The notes: generated by a model not told the origin, from the letters alone. A stretch of DNA of 64,000 bases from Camelus ferus (GCF_009834535.1 NC_045697.1:64110001-64174000), one strand, 5' to 3'. Counted from the stretch's first letter, positions 26,499-40,199 are shown. Numbers and translations: made by a program.

Positions 26499-29210
26499 AT
26501 GACAATAAGAATGTACATATCAGTAATTACCTTAAATGTATACAGATTAAACACTCCACCCAAAAGACACAGACTGGCTGAATGGACCCATATATATGCT
26601 GTCTACAAGAACCATACAAGACCTTGCTACAAAAGCAAGACCTGCACATATGCTTTCTATAAGAGACCCACTTCAGAGCTAGAGGCACATACAAGCTAAA
26701 AGTGAGGGGATGCAAAAAGGTATTCCATGCAAATGGAAACCAAAAGAAAGCTGGAGTAGTAATACATATATCAGACAAAATAGATTTAAGACTGTTACAA
26801 GAGGCAAAGGACACTGTATAATAATCTAAGGATCAGTCCAAGAAGATATAACAATGGGAACACTTGAATAAAAGGCAACTGTTAACATACATAAAAGGAG
26901 AAATTACCAGTAACACAATAACAGTGAGAGACCTTAACACCCCACATGCATCAATGGACAGATCATCTAGACAGAAAATCAATAATACAGGTGTTAAATG
27001 ACACATTAGACTAGATGGACTTGGTATTTATAGAGCATTCCATCCAAAAGCAGCAGAATACACATTCTTCTCAAGTGCACATGGAACAGTCTCCAGGATA
27101 GATCACATGTTGGCCCACAAGCAAACCTCAGTAAATTTAAGAAAACTGAAATCATATCAACCATCTTTTCCAACCACAACACTATGAGACTAGAAATCAA
27201 CTGCAAGAGAAAGACTGCAAAAACCACAAACACATGGAGGCTAAACAATATGCTACTAAACAACCAGTGGATCACTGAAGAAACCAAAGAGAAAACAAAA
27301 TACTTAGAGACAGATAAAAATGAAAACACAATGATCTGGGATGCAACAAAAGCAGTCCTAAGAGGGAGCTTTATAGCAATATGAGCTTACCTCAGGAAAT
27401 AAGAACAATCTCAAATAAAAAACCCAGCCTTATACCTAAAGCAATTAGAGAAAGAAGAACAAACAACACCTGAAGTTAGTAGAAGGAAAGAAATCATAAA
27501 GATTAGAGCAGAAAAGAAGTGAAACAGAGAATAAAAAGAAAAGATCAATGAAACCAAAAGCTGTTTCTTTGAAAAAATTAAAACCTTTAGTCAGATTCAT
27601 CAAGAAAAAAGGGAGAGGGCTCAAATTAAAATCAGAAGTGAAAACAGAGAAGTGAGAACTGACACCACAGATACAAAGATACAGACTACTATGAGCAAAC
27701 ATATGCCAACAAAATGGACAAACTTGAAGAAATGGACAATTTCTTAGAAAGGTACAATTTGCCAAGACTGAGCCAGGAAGAAATAGAAAATGTAAACTAT
27801 TTCAAATAGCCAAGGCATGGAAACAGCCTAAATGTCCATCAACAGATGACTGGATAAAGATGTGGTATATTTATACAATGGAATACTACTCAGCCATAAA
27901 AACCGACAACATAACGCCATTTGCAGCAACATGGATGCTCCTGGAGAATGTCATTCTAAGTGAAGTAAGCCAGAAAGAGAAAGAAAAATACTATATGAGA
28001 TTGCTCATATGTGGAATCTAAAAAACAAAAACAAAAACAAAAACACAAAGCATAAATACAAAACAGAAATAGACTCAGACATAGAATACAAACTTGTGGT
28101 TGCCAAGGGGCAGAGGGTGGGAAGGGATAGACGGGATTTCAACATTGTAGAATAGATAAACAAGATTATACTGTATAGCACAGGGAAATATACACAAGAT
28201 TTTATGGTAGCTCACAGAGAAAAAAATGTGACAATGAATATATGTGTGTTCATGTATGACTGAGAAATTGTGCTCTACACTGGAATTTGACACAACATTG
28301 TAAAATGATTATAAATCAATAAAAAATGTTAAATAAATAAAAAGAAAAAAAAAGAAAATGTAAACAAACAAATTACCAGTACTGAAATTGCATCAGTAAT
28401 TTAAAAACTCCCAACAAACAAACATCCAGGACCAGATGGCTTCACAGGGAAATTCTACTAAACATTTAGAGAAGAGTTAAAGCCTATCCTTCTGAAACTA
28501 TTCCAAAAAAATTGAAGAGGAAGGAACACTTCTGAACCCATCCTATGAGGCCACCATCACCTTGATACCAAAACCAGACAAAGATATCACAAAAAGTGAA
28601 AATTACGGACCAATATCATTTATGAATATAGATGCAAAAATCCTCAACAAAATACTAGCAAATTAACTCCAACAATACATTAAAAGGGTCATACACCATG
28701 ATCAAGTGAGATTTATCCCAGGAATACAAGGATTTTTCAATATCTACAAATCAATGTGATATACCACATTAACAAACTGAAGAATAAAAAACATGATTAT
28801 CTCAATAGATGCAGAAAAAGCTTTTGATAAAATTCAACATCTATTTATGTTAAAAACTCTCCAGAAAAGGGGCACAGAGGGAACACACTTCAACATAATA
28901 AAGGCCGTATCTGACAATTTACAGACAGCATCATACATCAATGGTGAGAAGCTGAAAGCATTTCCTCTAAGGTCAGGAAGAAGACAAGGATGCCCACTCT
29001 CACCACATTTAGTCAACAGTTTTGGAAGTCCTAGCCACAGCAATCAGAAGAAAAAGAAAGAAAATGAATCTAAACTGGAAAAGAAGTAAAACTGTCACTG
29101 TTTGCAGGTGACACGATACTATACATAGAGAATCCTAAAGATGCCACCAGAAAACTACTAGAGCTCATCAATGAATTCAGCAAAGCTGCAGGACCCCAAA
29201 ATTCATATAC
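26499..29210 (+). pseudogene. LINE-1 ORF2p remnant, interrupted by a nested L1 and truncated just after the RT catalytic motif
   Basis: [55 protein letters not shown] reads FAGD at 29101. Confidence 0.92.
27798..28352 (+). mobile_element. Younger 5'-truncated L1 (ORF2 end plus 3' UTR and A-rich tail) nested in ORF2 of the host L1
   Basis: 13-bp TSD agaaaatgtaaac at 27785-27797 and 28353-28365; host ORF2 resumes colinearly; retains CpGs. Confidence 0.95.
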
Positions 29211-29228
29211 AAAATTCACTCAGTGCTG

Positions 29229-29720
29229 TGAAATTCTATGGGTCTTGACAAACGCATAGTGTCATGCATCTACCATTATAATATCATACATAATAGCTTT
29301 ACTGCCCTAAGATTTTCTGTTTTTATTTAGTAGAGCCCCTTCAAACAAAGCTCCTGATTACCATTTTTCTGCTTATAATTTTGCCTTTCCCAATATGTCC
29401 TATGATCATACAGTATATAGTCACCTCAGAGTGGTTTCTTCTACTTTGAAATATGTGTTTAAGGTACATCTGCATCTTTTTCTGGATTTTATACATAAAT
29501 TTTTACATGAATACCATAATAACATTTTATCCAACTTTTTGCCAGTTAAAAAATCTATATTAGAGACAATTCCTTCCATGTCAGTACACACACCTCTTCA
29601 TTTTTCAAACTATGATGCAGTATACCAGAAAACAGATAGCCTATTTAAACCTCCCACTACTGATGGATATTAGTGGTTTCTGATTTTTTTGCTATTACAA
29701 ATAGGTCTTCACTGAATTGT
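29229..29720 (-). mobile_element. L1MC-like 3' region, right part of the host element
   Basis: ttctatgggtcttgacaaacgcatagtgtcatgcatctaccattata continues the sequence left of 24044. Confidence 0.7.
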
Positions 29721-31006
29721 TTTATAGCTTTGAATTTGCGTATTTGTTCAACTATTTTATAGATAGCATGAGGCTATTTAGAAAATACTTGATTTGTTGG
29801 TTGAAGTTATTGCACTGTTCACTTTATTTGAATATTTATTTTGAGAGAATTTTAGATTTACAATGCAATGACAATGCAGAGTTCCTGTATAACCCTTCGT
29901 CTAACTTTCTTAATGTTAACATTTTCCATTTAACCATGGTTATGTATCTTATATTTGATATATAATAAGTTTGCCTTCCAAGGAAGCTGCATCAATTTAT
30001 ACAACTTCCAATATTCTATAAAGAAAACTTTTCTACGTATTTTTAATAGTGAATGTCACTTGAATTTTGTCAACCTGATATATACATATATTGTTACTTA
30101 AGTATCATTTTTTCTGATTTTAGTGAAGATTAGTATCTTTTCATATGCCTGTTGTCAATTTTTATGATGTTTTGATGATTCTTCTCTTCATTTTCTTTGA
30201 CCATTTTGTCATATATTCCTCTTAGTTTCTCTCAACCTCACATGGCTCCAACATAATCAACTGCCAATTACCTCAGCAACAAAGCTGTTCTTGGTTTTCT
30301 TCTTTTCACTCCACCTCATTTCTTATTTCTCTCAATCTTCCTGCCCTGAGATTGCATCTTACAATAAAGCAATGCCACCTAAACCAGACTTCATGCTTTA
30401 TTTTTCAGCGGAGTTTGGATTAAGACACCATTTTCCTCTTGAGCAGTGTTTTTATCAATTTGCAAAATACCATGACGTATTATGGTAATTATTTCTGTTA
30501 CATATGTACTAATTATTATTGTGTATGCCTGTCTATGAAGTTTATTTTATACTACCTCTCACTGTATAAAAGACACACATATTTCATTCTATCATTTTTC
30601 ACTTTATGATTTCTGGAGAGTCCTATGTTGCTTGGGAAGGCTTTCTCCATCCCAAGATTTTACAGTTCCTACTAAAGTATAATATTTAAAATTTTTCTCC
30701 TTAATTCACTTGAAATTATTTTTATGATGATGGCAGGCAGAAATTGATTTAGACTTCAAAGGTGAGCTTCTAATTTACTTTATTCCCAATAGTCTTCACT
30801 TAGCACATAAAGTCTTCTAGAACACATCTGGGGGAAAATCGGAAGAATCTATACTCAAATTATCAAAAAACCACTTTTCCTTTAATTTCAACATGACAGG
30901 CCTAATAGCATAACTCAGACATAGGTGAGACCAAAAACCCTTTTGTAGGTTCATTTCCCTTGCACTTCCATTTCAGGGAATTTATTTTTCTCTTTAAATC
31001 TTAGTA

Positions 31007-31029
31007 AAAAAAAAAAAAAAAAAAAAAAA
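31007..31029. repeat. Poly(A) tract
   Basis: About 23 consecutive A. Confidence 0.9.
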
Positions 31030-33797
31030 GCAATAGCTTGCTAAGTTAATTGACACAGAACCATCAGCATACTTTTTTGGTCAACTTACATTCAGGACTA
31101 TTATAACCCAATTATCACCTTTGTGCCAACTAGAGAGAAAAAATCTGTCCCCTCTAGATGAATGCAGCTCTGTAGGTAGGCAGCTTGGCAAGCTCTCAGC
31201 ATCTCTGCACACATTAGAGGCTCCAACTCAGGACCAAAGCAACCCCAGCTCAAAGAGCATGGAGAGCCTCGCTCAGCTGGATTTCTGCTCATGCCGGCCT
31301 CCTCAGCCTGATGCGCCAGCATAGTGAGCCGGCTCCAACCTGTGCTGGGCTCTGCTTACGGCAAAGCCCTCTACGCCCTCTCCCTCTAATACGTATGGCA
31401 AGATGGATTCACTCCTTGAAGGAAAGCAGAAGATAATTTGAACATACTAGAAAAACAAGGGCGATAGGAGTGAAGTACATCATAAAATTCTTAGATCTTT
31501 CTTCTAAGGCTCTTGACTCTCTGGAGACTCCTCAGAAGCTGAGGGATTCCCTGAGGTAGACACATCTCCCTGCTATTTTGTGCTAAAGATTAAATGCAGT
31601 AACCTTATCCCCTATTTCAACTCATGTGAGCATTCTTACTTCCTGCAAAGCAATCCCTTTTTATTCTCCACAAATAGAGTGGTACAGAACATTGTTTCTA
31701 TTAAATGTATTCTTTCTTTTAATATTCAAAATACCTTTTAGAACAATGCATTCATTTTTTTAAGGATAAAACCATCTCATCATATATTGACAATGCATCA
31801 TTTTCATGCATTTAAATAATTCATTATTTTTTGCACTTTATACCCCATTTCTAACTCCATTCTTATCTCCTCCCATTCAACTACCATAATTTTATAAGAT
31901 ATATTCCCCCAAGATATATGTTGTTGTTTTATGCTATAAGTTTTGTTTTTCTTACTTTTATATTCAACATGTTTTTGAGCTCAGTATGAGTATACGTAAA
32001 TCCAGTTAATTACTTTTAATTGATCCAGAGATAAATATATAATTTATATATAACACTTGCACTTATCCATTCTTCTAGTATTGGATTTCCTGTGTTTGTA
32101 CCCCGTGGACTTTGCTAATTCCCTGTGGTTTTTATCTCCTTATAGTACTTCCTCTCCTGGGATGGCCTTTCTTCGCATGGTTAGGTTTCTGACTCTAGAG
32201 ACACCACTTTCTAAACTGAGAAATCACACCTACACAGATATTCCTCAGGTGGTGTATGCACGAGAAAGAGAAAGCACACACAATCCATAATACACATTTT
32301 CCACCAAAGATTGGTTCCTATTAGCCATTTTTAATGCATTTAATTTTTTTAAATAACTGGACACTGGATCTTCACTTGGTATTTGATTCACAACTACTTC
32401 ACCCTAGTTTTGACCATTTCTGGTACTTTTAATAATACTATCAGAAAAACCCTATGCCACTGAGTCAGATCCATTTTTTCATATTTTTTTTTAAAGACAC
32501 TGATTACTCTCCTGATTTGTGTACACAGCCCTTCCTGATATTCCATAGCTGTATTTCAGCGGCTTGACACTGCAAATAATTGGAAATACACTTTTTGTGT
32601 GCTTTTGCATATGACAGTCATCCAGTCTGAAAAAAAAACCAATCATATTTTCTTTAGTTTACTGTGCTTAATTTAAGATCAGGCAGTGGGGGGTGGTGGT
32701 CATTACTAGCTGCTAATCCATATGTACTCAACTCTGGGCATCTAGCTGTGAATGCACATATACTACAATTGTATCACCTCAGCAGCTGGCAAATTTTGGG
32801 GAATATGAGGCACCCAGTTCTACTCTGTGCTCCCCTAAATTTGGCAATTGTGTGATGAAAATTAAGTCATGTTAAATCATGGCCTCAAGTCACTAAAGTG
32901 AATATGGTCTAATATAACATGCATTTTAAAATTTAAAAACCCCTGCACTTCTAACTTTAGAATCCACAAGGAAATAGTCTCCATTTAGATAAAGATATAA
33001 AATCCTACCTCTTCAGCTTCTCACTTAAGCATCACAATAAGAGAACAGAAGATAAGGCATATCCAGAATCAACAAGTAATTTAGCTTCTTTACCAGTTTC
33101 CATGGCAACCTTACTGTATAAAACTAAGAAAATGCATTTTAAAAAATTCAGATTGCTGTGGCCTTGGTCATTGACACTTTCAGCATTACTTTCAACACAA
33201 TGTATAAAGCAAACAATTACACATCCTAGGCAGAATTTTGACACTGCATGTAAAGATTTTTATAAACACTAATGCAGGACCATCAGTGTATAGTAAATGA
33301 AGCAAAAATTTTCCTTTTTAGAAGTCAACTTAAAAAATTATGAACTCTTGCCCATGAAATGACTCACATGAACTAGTCTGTAAATTGCCAGTTTAAAAGG
33401 GATTTACACAGGCTGGGTCTGTCCCATCTGCTCCCGAGATAAAATGCCTCTCATGCTAGTCCCCTGGAATTTCATTGCTGACCCTGTCACTGAAGATGAA
33501 TGACTTGTCCAGGTTGTCCCAACAGCATCAATAGCAGCCTTAAAAGCCTTCAGAATGGATCCTCTGGGACTCTAGTTTTTGAAAATAAAGGTGAACTTTG
33601 AATTGTGGAGTCCTCCTGGTTCTGAAAGAGGAAAGGTGATGCTGTGACACTTGGTGCTTGATTCTCATACTTCAGAGCTCTAATGTGTACACACAAACAA
33701 ATATATCTGATTCCTCTATCACAGCAATGCCTATAGTTCTACAGCACAATGCTGTCTGCTGTCTGGGGTTAGGGTCTTCACATGATGTTTTCCTGCT

Positions 33798-33853
33798 ATG
33801 GGTGTGGGTGTATATATATATGTATATATGTGTGTGTGTGTACATATATATAT
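33798..33853. repeat. Compound (TG)/(TA) microsatellite
   Basis: Directly visible. Confidence 0.9.
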
Positions 33854-34104
33854 ATGGAGGATTTATTACTTGCAGCAAGTAAGGAAAACATCGAGGATCT
33901 TTCCCAGAGCAGTGTCTTTCCTGCCATGTGTATTTTAACAGATGATATTCTTAAATGGTTCCTGGCATTTTAGTCCAGGTCCCTGATAACTTCTGAAATT
34001 GTTAAATGGGCATGTTCTTTATAGAATCATATTTAATTTTTAAGTTTTACTCTTTTTTCATTATTGATTTGCTTTCACCTTTCTATTTGAATTTATTCTT
34101 CATA

Positions 34105-34700
34105 TTTGATCATTCTAAATAAAACTTGTTTGAGTGCCTATTTCCAGGTTAAGGAGGGAATAGTGGATAAGATAGGGCCCCTGTCACTAATAAATGTTTG
34201 TGCAGGGTTCTAGGGAAAAACACAATTTATCCCAAGGATGTCATAAAAGTCTTCTAGGATTTTTATTACTAAGTAAAACTTTTTCTAGGGAAGGAGGAAT
34301 TATCTACTTAAAGAACTGAAGGAATTGATTTTGGCAGAAAGAATCTCAGGTGTGAGAGGATGGAGTATAAAAGAGATTGGCAGATGCACAGAATTAGAAA
34401 GAAATATTACAAATGCCACATACATGTGAGAGCAGAGGGAAATGAAGCTAAAAAATGTGGTAAGTAATGAAAAGTATGGGACACTGCTATAAAATCATAT
34501 GCAAATATTTTGTAACTGTCTTTGCATCTAACAAAGTTTGCTTGTGCTGTAATAGAGAATAGGGAAGCACAAGGTAAGAGACATGGAAGCCATCTGAGTC
34601 ATTTTAAAAAATTTATGTAAGAATTGATAAGAACCTCAATACATCTATTAGAAGTAGGAATGAGAAGAGAACAGGGTATCGCTAAGGTGTTATTAGGTAG
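34105..34700 (-). mobile_element. L2 fragment (probably resumes near 36490-36810)
   Basis: cattc...tttgagtgcctatttccagg antisense L2 end; purine-rich L2-like body. Confidence 0.5.
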
Positions 34701-34714
34701 ATTTTTTTCTATAT

Positions 34715-36480
34715 TTGTAACTTTTTATTTTGAAATAATTTTAGACTTCCAGCAGAGTTGCAAAAGTAGCACATAGAGCTCCTGAACATCTTTTCAACTA
34801 ACTTCATCCCAATGTCACATGTTATATAACATCTTAAATAATTATTAAAATTAAGTTAAAATTGGAACAATATTTTTAACTATGGACTTCATTAGAATTT
34901 CTTCAGTTTTTCCATTAATATCTTTTCCCCTCAGCCCAGTATTCACTCAAGGATACGTATTCTATTTAGCTCTATCTCCTTAGTCATTTCCAATCTGTGA
35001 CAGTTCCTCAGTCTTTGTCTTGGAAGACATTGACATTTTTAAGAGTATTGATCATATATTTTGAAGAATGTTGCACAATATGTGTTTGTCTGAAGTCTTC
35101 TCATGATTAAACTGATGTGGATTTGGGGGGAAATATTGCAAAAGTGAAATATCTTTTTCCAAGTATATCATTGGATACACAATGTCCATATGTCTCATTA
35201 TTATGATGCTAATTTTGATCACTTGGGTAAGGTGGTGGCTGCAAGATTTCCCCATTTGAAAGTTATTTATGTTTTTATCCTTTCAAATTCTATTCATTAG
35301 AAATGAGTCAAAAGTTCCAGCCATTACTTAAGAGGAAGGGAATTATGTTTAAATTGTAGCATTTGTGAACATACATTATACTCTGGTGGTTTTAACTAGA
35401 GGGTTAATAATACTTGTAAAATCTTAAATACCTAATAATTCTACTATTAGAATCACTAGTCAATTCACCTTTCCTATAGTAATTAGCATTGTCATGTTCT
35501 AAAAGCCATTTTCTATGTCCCTTATTCCTTCTACATTAGTTAGAATTACTTTGTAAGGAAGAGGTGTCTCTTCTTCATTATGTATTATTTATTTATAGCA
35601 GAAAGGAATCAGGCATATTTATTTTACTGTTGAGATTATAATCATATACTTGTTTGTTACTGCTTTGTTTCACAAAAATTGTTCCAAACTGAAGCTCTTT
35701 CAGGTTGGCTCCTGTACCCTTTTGGCAAGTTCTCATTAAAGCCCTGTTTTATTTTTGTCACCAAAAGGTGTTCCAGGCTCATTTTGTATTTTCCCTGCTC
35801 CTGTTCTAGAATCAGCCAAGGAGTTCCGACTCCTTTTATTTCAAAAAGGTATTGAGAATACACTTTCTGAGTGCTCGGTGTGTGTGCTGTTGCTGTGCTA
35901 CCCCTTCAATGCCCCCTTAGTGGGCAGGACCGGGAAGTGCATGTTTGTATGCTAACACATAGACACATGCATATGTATATACCTATCTGGCTATTGGTCT
36001 GTATGTGTATTGTAGTATTCATGTGTGTATATATAGTATATATATTCATATCAATATCTCAGACCCCAGTTTGGTACCAAATAGCTCCTTCTAGCATTTT
36101 CACTGTATTTGTAACTTTTTCTCTGAAAGTGAGAAATCGGACCTTCATTATCTATGTTTACTTATACAGTTGACTCTTGCACAACACAAAGGTTAAGGGC
36201 ACTGACTCCTCCCCCATGCCCCTCTGTTGAAAATCTGAATATAACTGTATAGTCAGCTCTCCTTATCTTCAGTTCCACATTTGTGGATTCAACCCATCTT
36301 GAATCCTGTAGTACTATATTATAATTAGGTAAAAAAAAATCCACATATAATTGGGTCTGTGCAGTTCAAACACATGTTGTTCAAGGGCCAACTGTATGTT
36401 AAAACCTACTTACATAAGTAGTTTCACAATTGCTAATATCTACCATTGTGAGATAAAAATTTACTAACCAGAGTAGAACA
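34715..36480 (-). mobile_element. L1MC4/5-like 3' region
   Basis: tttattttgaaataattttagactt, caatctgtgacagttcctcagtcttt, aggttggctcctgt, ggtgttccaggctcattttgtattttccctgc. Confidence 0.8.
36167..36394 (-). mobile_element. MER8-like (Tigger2-derived) MITE
   Basis: TIRs cagttgactcttgcacaaca / tgttgttcaagggccaactg with TA TSDs at 36165-36166 and 36395-36396. Confidence 0.9.
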
Positions 36481-37050
36481 CAAAATCCATAGGATTTTAA
36501 CTGTATGTGAGGAATGAATATCCTAGGTCCCTTATTTGAATGATTGGTAACATGGCGATGCCATTAAGTGAATGGAGAATTCACTGGAGGAAAAACAATG
36601 ATATAAGATGAAATTAATTTGGGACATATTTAGTTGAAATGGCTACAGTTCATCTAAACAGTTATGTTCTAAAAGGCATTTGGAAATATAGAACCAAGGT
36701 CCAGACAACAATCTCCACTAAAAGTATCTCAGAGTTCTAGTTGTGTTTAAGATACCAAAATATACTATATAAAGTTAGAAGATAAAAGGTTTAATAAGAG
36801 AACCCTATGGAAACAAACATGTATGCTCTGTGAAGAAAATTTACTGATTCCAACATAGGGGTAATAATTGCATCTCCTGAAATATACAATAAAGGTTTAT
36901 GACATAATCTATGCAAAAACATACTTCAGAAATACTCAGTACATATCTCCTAATATATACATGTAATAAGCTACACTTGGAATAACTGTCCATGAATATA
37001 GATTTATGTATAAACTGCTTATATTTTCTAATATATTTAAATATTTAAGT

Positions 37051-37510
37051 TACATTAATTTGTAGTACTACTATCACAAATGAATAAAACTTAGTAAATT
37101 CGTGTTGATTTAAACCACTGTCTTACAGTTCTGGAGATCAAAAGTCTGAAATGGATTGGCAGGGACACATTATTTCTGGAAGCTCTAGGGAATTTTCCAT
37201 TCCCTTGCCATTTCCAGCTTCTAGAATCTGCCCACATTTCTTGACTTGTGGTCCAGCGTCACTCCAACCTTTGCTTCCATTGTCACACCTTTTTCTGATT
37301 ACGACACTCATGCCTCCCTCTTATAAGGACCCTTGTGATTACATCAGACCCACTTGTATAATCAGAATAATCTCCCATTTTAAGACCTTTAATTTATCAG
37401 CATCTGCTGATCAGAATCTCTTTGTCTCTGTAAGATTACATATTCAGAGGTTTCGGGGATGAGAACATGAACAGTTGTGGGCGGGTGGGGGCATCATGCT
37501 GCCTACCACA
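37051..37510 (-). mobile_element. MaLR solo LTR (MLT1B/C-like)
   Basis: ttacagttctggagatcaaaagtctgaaat, cttataaggacccttgtgattacat, ends gcctaccaca. Confidence 0.85.
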
Positions 37511-37529
37511 AGGGCACTGGAGTTTGTAA

Positions 37530-37945
37530 CATAAATTAGCTAAAGTCATGTTAGCTGCTGTTAACAAACTCCAAAGTCTCAATGGTTTCACACAAAAGAA
37601 ATGCATTTCTTACTCCTATGAACATAGGAAAACTTATTCTCATGAAGTACAAAATAGATGTTTCTAATGGGCAGACAATTTTCCAGCAAGCAATTCAGTG
37701 ACACAGGTTCCTTCTCTATCATGGCTCCATCTTATTCAAAAGGCTATTTTCAAGTTCACCAGGAAAGAAGGGGAATGTAGGAAACACCAACAGCCTGGGA
37801 AGGTTTTAGTGGGCCAGGTAGGGACATGGTGCCTATCACCTCTGCCCACGTTCCAAAGGCCAGAACTCAGTCACATGCCTATATGTAATTGTAAGGCTAG
37901 GGAATTTAGACTAGCTTTGTATCCAGCTGCAAGAAACATTAAGCA
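37530..37945 (-). mobile_element. Old MaLR LTR (MLT1J/K-like)
   Basis: gctgctgttaacaaac, atcacctctgcccacgttcca, gaactcagtcacatg. Confidence 0.6.
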
Positions 37946-40199
37946 TGGTAAACAGATATAAACAGATATCTGGTTTCTACGAGTCAACAGAATTATAGAC
38001 AAAAGAACACTTCAGCGTCTTTTAAATGAATACTAGTTCAACCATCCAGTAAAAAGATTAACAGAAAATAAAGTGAACTAATTCAAATTGCAGTTATGAG
38101 ATATAGCAGTTGGCTTAAGGATAAGGTCAGTTTCTCTAAAATCACCATAGGATATATGATATTTTTCTATTTACTGTTAACTTCTAACTGGCATAATCCT
38201 ACCCAGCTGGCATAATCCTTCCCAGTAATTCAGTCCCTGATAAAGACAGTCAGTTTTATTTTGGGGGAAAAAAAGAGGTTTTATAGAATCTAAGCTTAAA
38301 GAAATAATACTTTCAAAAATATTCTATTACTGTTTACATTTAGGATGAAAATTAACATGCTTATTTAATACAGAGAACCAGCTACCCATTTAATGCAACT
38401 ATATACTTAGTGAAGAGATAATTAGAATTATTCTTTGTCTCAGAAGGAATCATTTGTTTCTATTTATAGTCACCAAATAGGCTAAAATTAACATTCGTTT
38501 GTAATCTAAGCTAGGAAATTTTTCTGTCACCATGGAAATCCATGATGATTAGTCTCTTGACTAATATTCAAATAATCGAAGACTATTTTTCTATTTATAT
38601 TATTTCTGCACCAGCAATGCATCAAGGAGATATCTTATGGCTCATAGAACAATGGTCATCCTATCCCTAATAATTTTCTGGGGCCCTCTGTAAATCATTT
38701 CCAGGAGAGAAAGCACTCGACTGCCTTTGACAATTGTGTCTCTATTATTCAGGACCATGGGACTAAATCTAAACAACTATCATGACATATTGTTTTGATG
38801 TCAGCCCTGTATATATGTTCTTGGAATTTTCAAGATTTGCAGAGCTTTAAATGCAAGAGAAGAGCATTTCGTAATCAGGCAGAATTAGTATACTGTAATC
38901 ATATATTAAAAAATGTGTGAAATAAATGTGTATGACACTGTTCTTTCCCTTGCTAATTCAGCAACATCTGACCGTTTATTTAAAAGAAAACCAAGAAATC
39001 AACCCCAGTAGCATGGAATGGATTGATTTGATATCTAAATGCATTATGGAATGATACTAACCCAATTATATGGAACAAAGTTTAAAAGAGAAAAATGACT
39101 GCTAGAATTGCCACAACATGTGGAAAATGAGACTCTTTTTAAAGGGTTATTTCTCTTTGTGATGAATAGTCAAAAGAAAAAAAGGAAAGAACTTAAACCT
39201 GAAATGATCATATGAAAGTATAAGTTTTTACTTTCCTCTGGTTTTGTGAAAGAATCTGGAAGAACTGATATGAAAATCATGCCACTTTAGTAATGTTTTC
39301 TTATTTTAAGCATTGCTCCACGATTTTCCTTCTCAAACTTGCTTCTCACTAATTTATATGCACAATTTTTCTGATAGAGCATTTGTTGTTTTCATTATAC
39401 GTGGTGCTATATAATAGTAAATATTTTCTTTCCTAATGTGTCACTGTAGGTCAGTTTAAAATCACTATATTCAAAATATGAAATTTACTGGGCAATGTCT
39501 TTTATTCTAAATTGGTAAAATGTTCCATGACATGTGTCAAATTTATATTAAAACAAAGAAAATGAAGCCAAAAAGGCAATTCTGACATTGCATTTTGAAA
39601 CTGGGTTTAGTGCTCTTCATCAGCAGTGACAAGCATTCTAGCAACAATTAAGGCCTTGCTTTTCACTGTGAGGCAAGGCATGTAGAGGGAGCATCACTTT
39701 CAAACTGTCAAATTTTTAGAAATCATTTAGAAAGAGTACAATCATTCAAAAGAGAGAAACAACATAGATGTAGTTTTTTCACCAACAAAGTTGCAGCCTC
39801 AATAAACTCAGAATTTAGCACTCCACACTGTGTGGAAATGAAGAAATCAACTTAGATAAATTTCTACACACGGTCAAAATCTATTTTCTGATGTCGTGTA
39901 CTAGTCTTCAATTGTGCTGTTAGGAACATCCCAAGACGGAAAATTCTGATGTGGGTGTCAATTAACTGATACAAAATGGAAAGAGTTGTTCTGGGATTTA
40001 AGGACTCTTAAATTAGAAGATGCAGGTTATACGATATAGGTGCGGTAAACCTCAATAACAATAAGGAATACTCATGAAATTCTATGCAAGGATTTGCTTG
40101 GCTGATATGCCTACTCTCGCATTAGACTATGAATGCTGCTTGTCAGGTTTACGCACGTAGTTCAGCAATCCATCCTTCATATATGGCATGACTCTACCT

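Larger units (their letters stand above)
24062..29210 (+). mobile_element. LINE-1 with 5' UTR, ORF1 and 3'-truncated ORF2; no poly(A)
   Basis: Perfect 18-bp TSD aaaattcactcagtgctg at 24044-24061 and 29211-29228; tt/aaaa endonuclease site at the left copy. Confidence 0.95.

Noticed and set aside
31007..31029. Poly(A) tract as the tail of a processed pseudogene or SINE (likewise 49145-49167)
   Set aside because: No upstream SINE body, coding remnant or TSD found.
33400..33570. About 53 open codons on the minus strand (RGSILKAFKAAIDAVG...)
   Set aside because: No recognisable protein and no convincing splice sites; length is within chance expectation.
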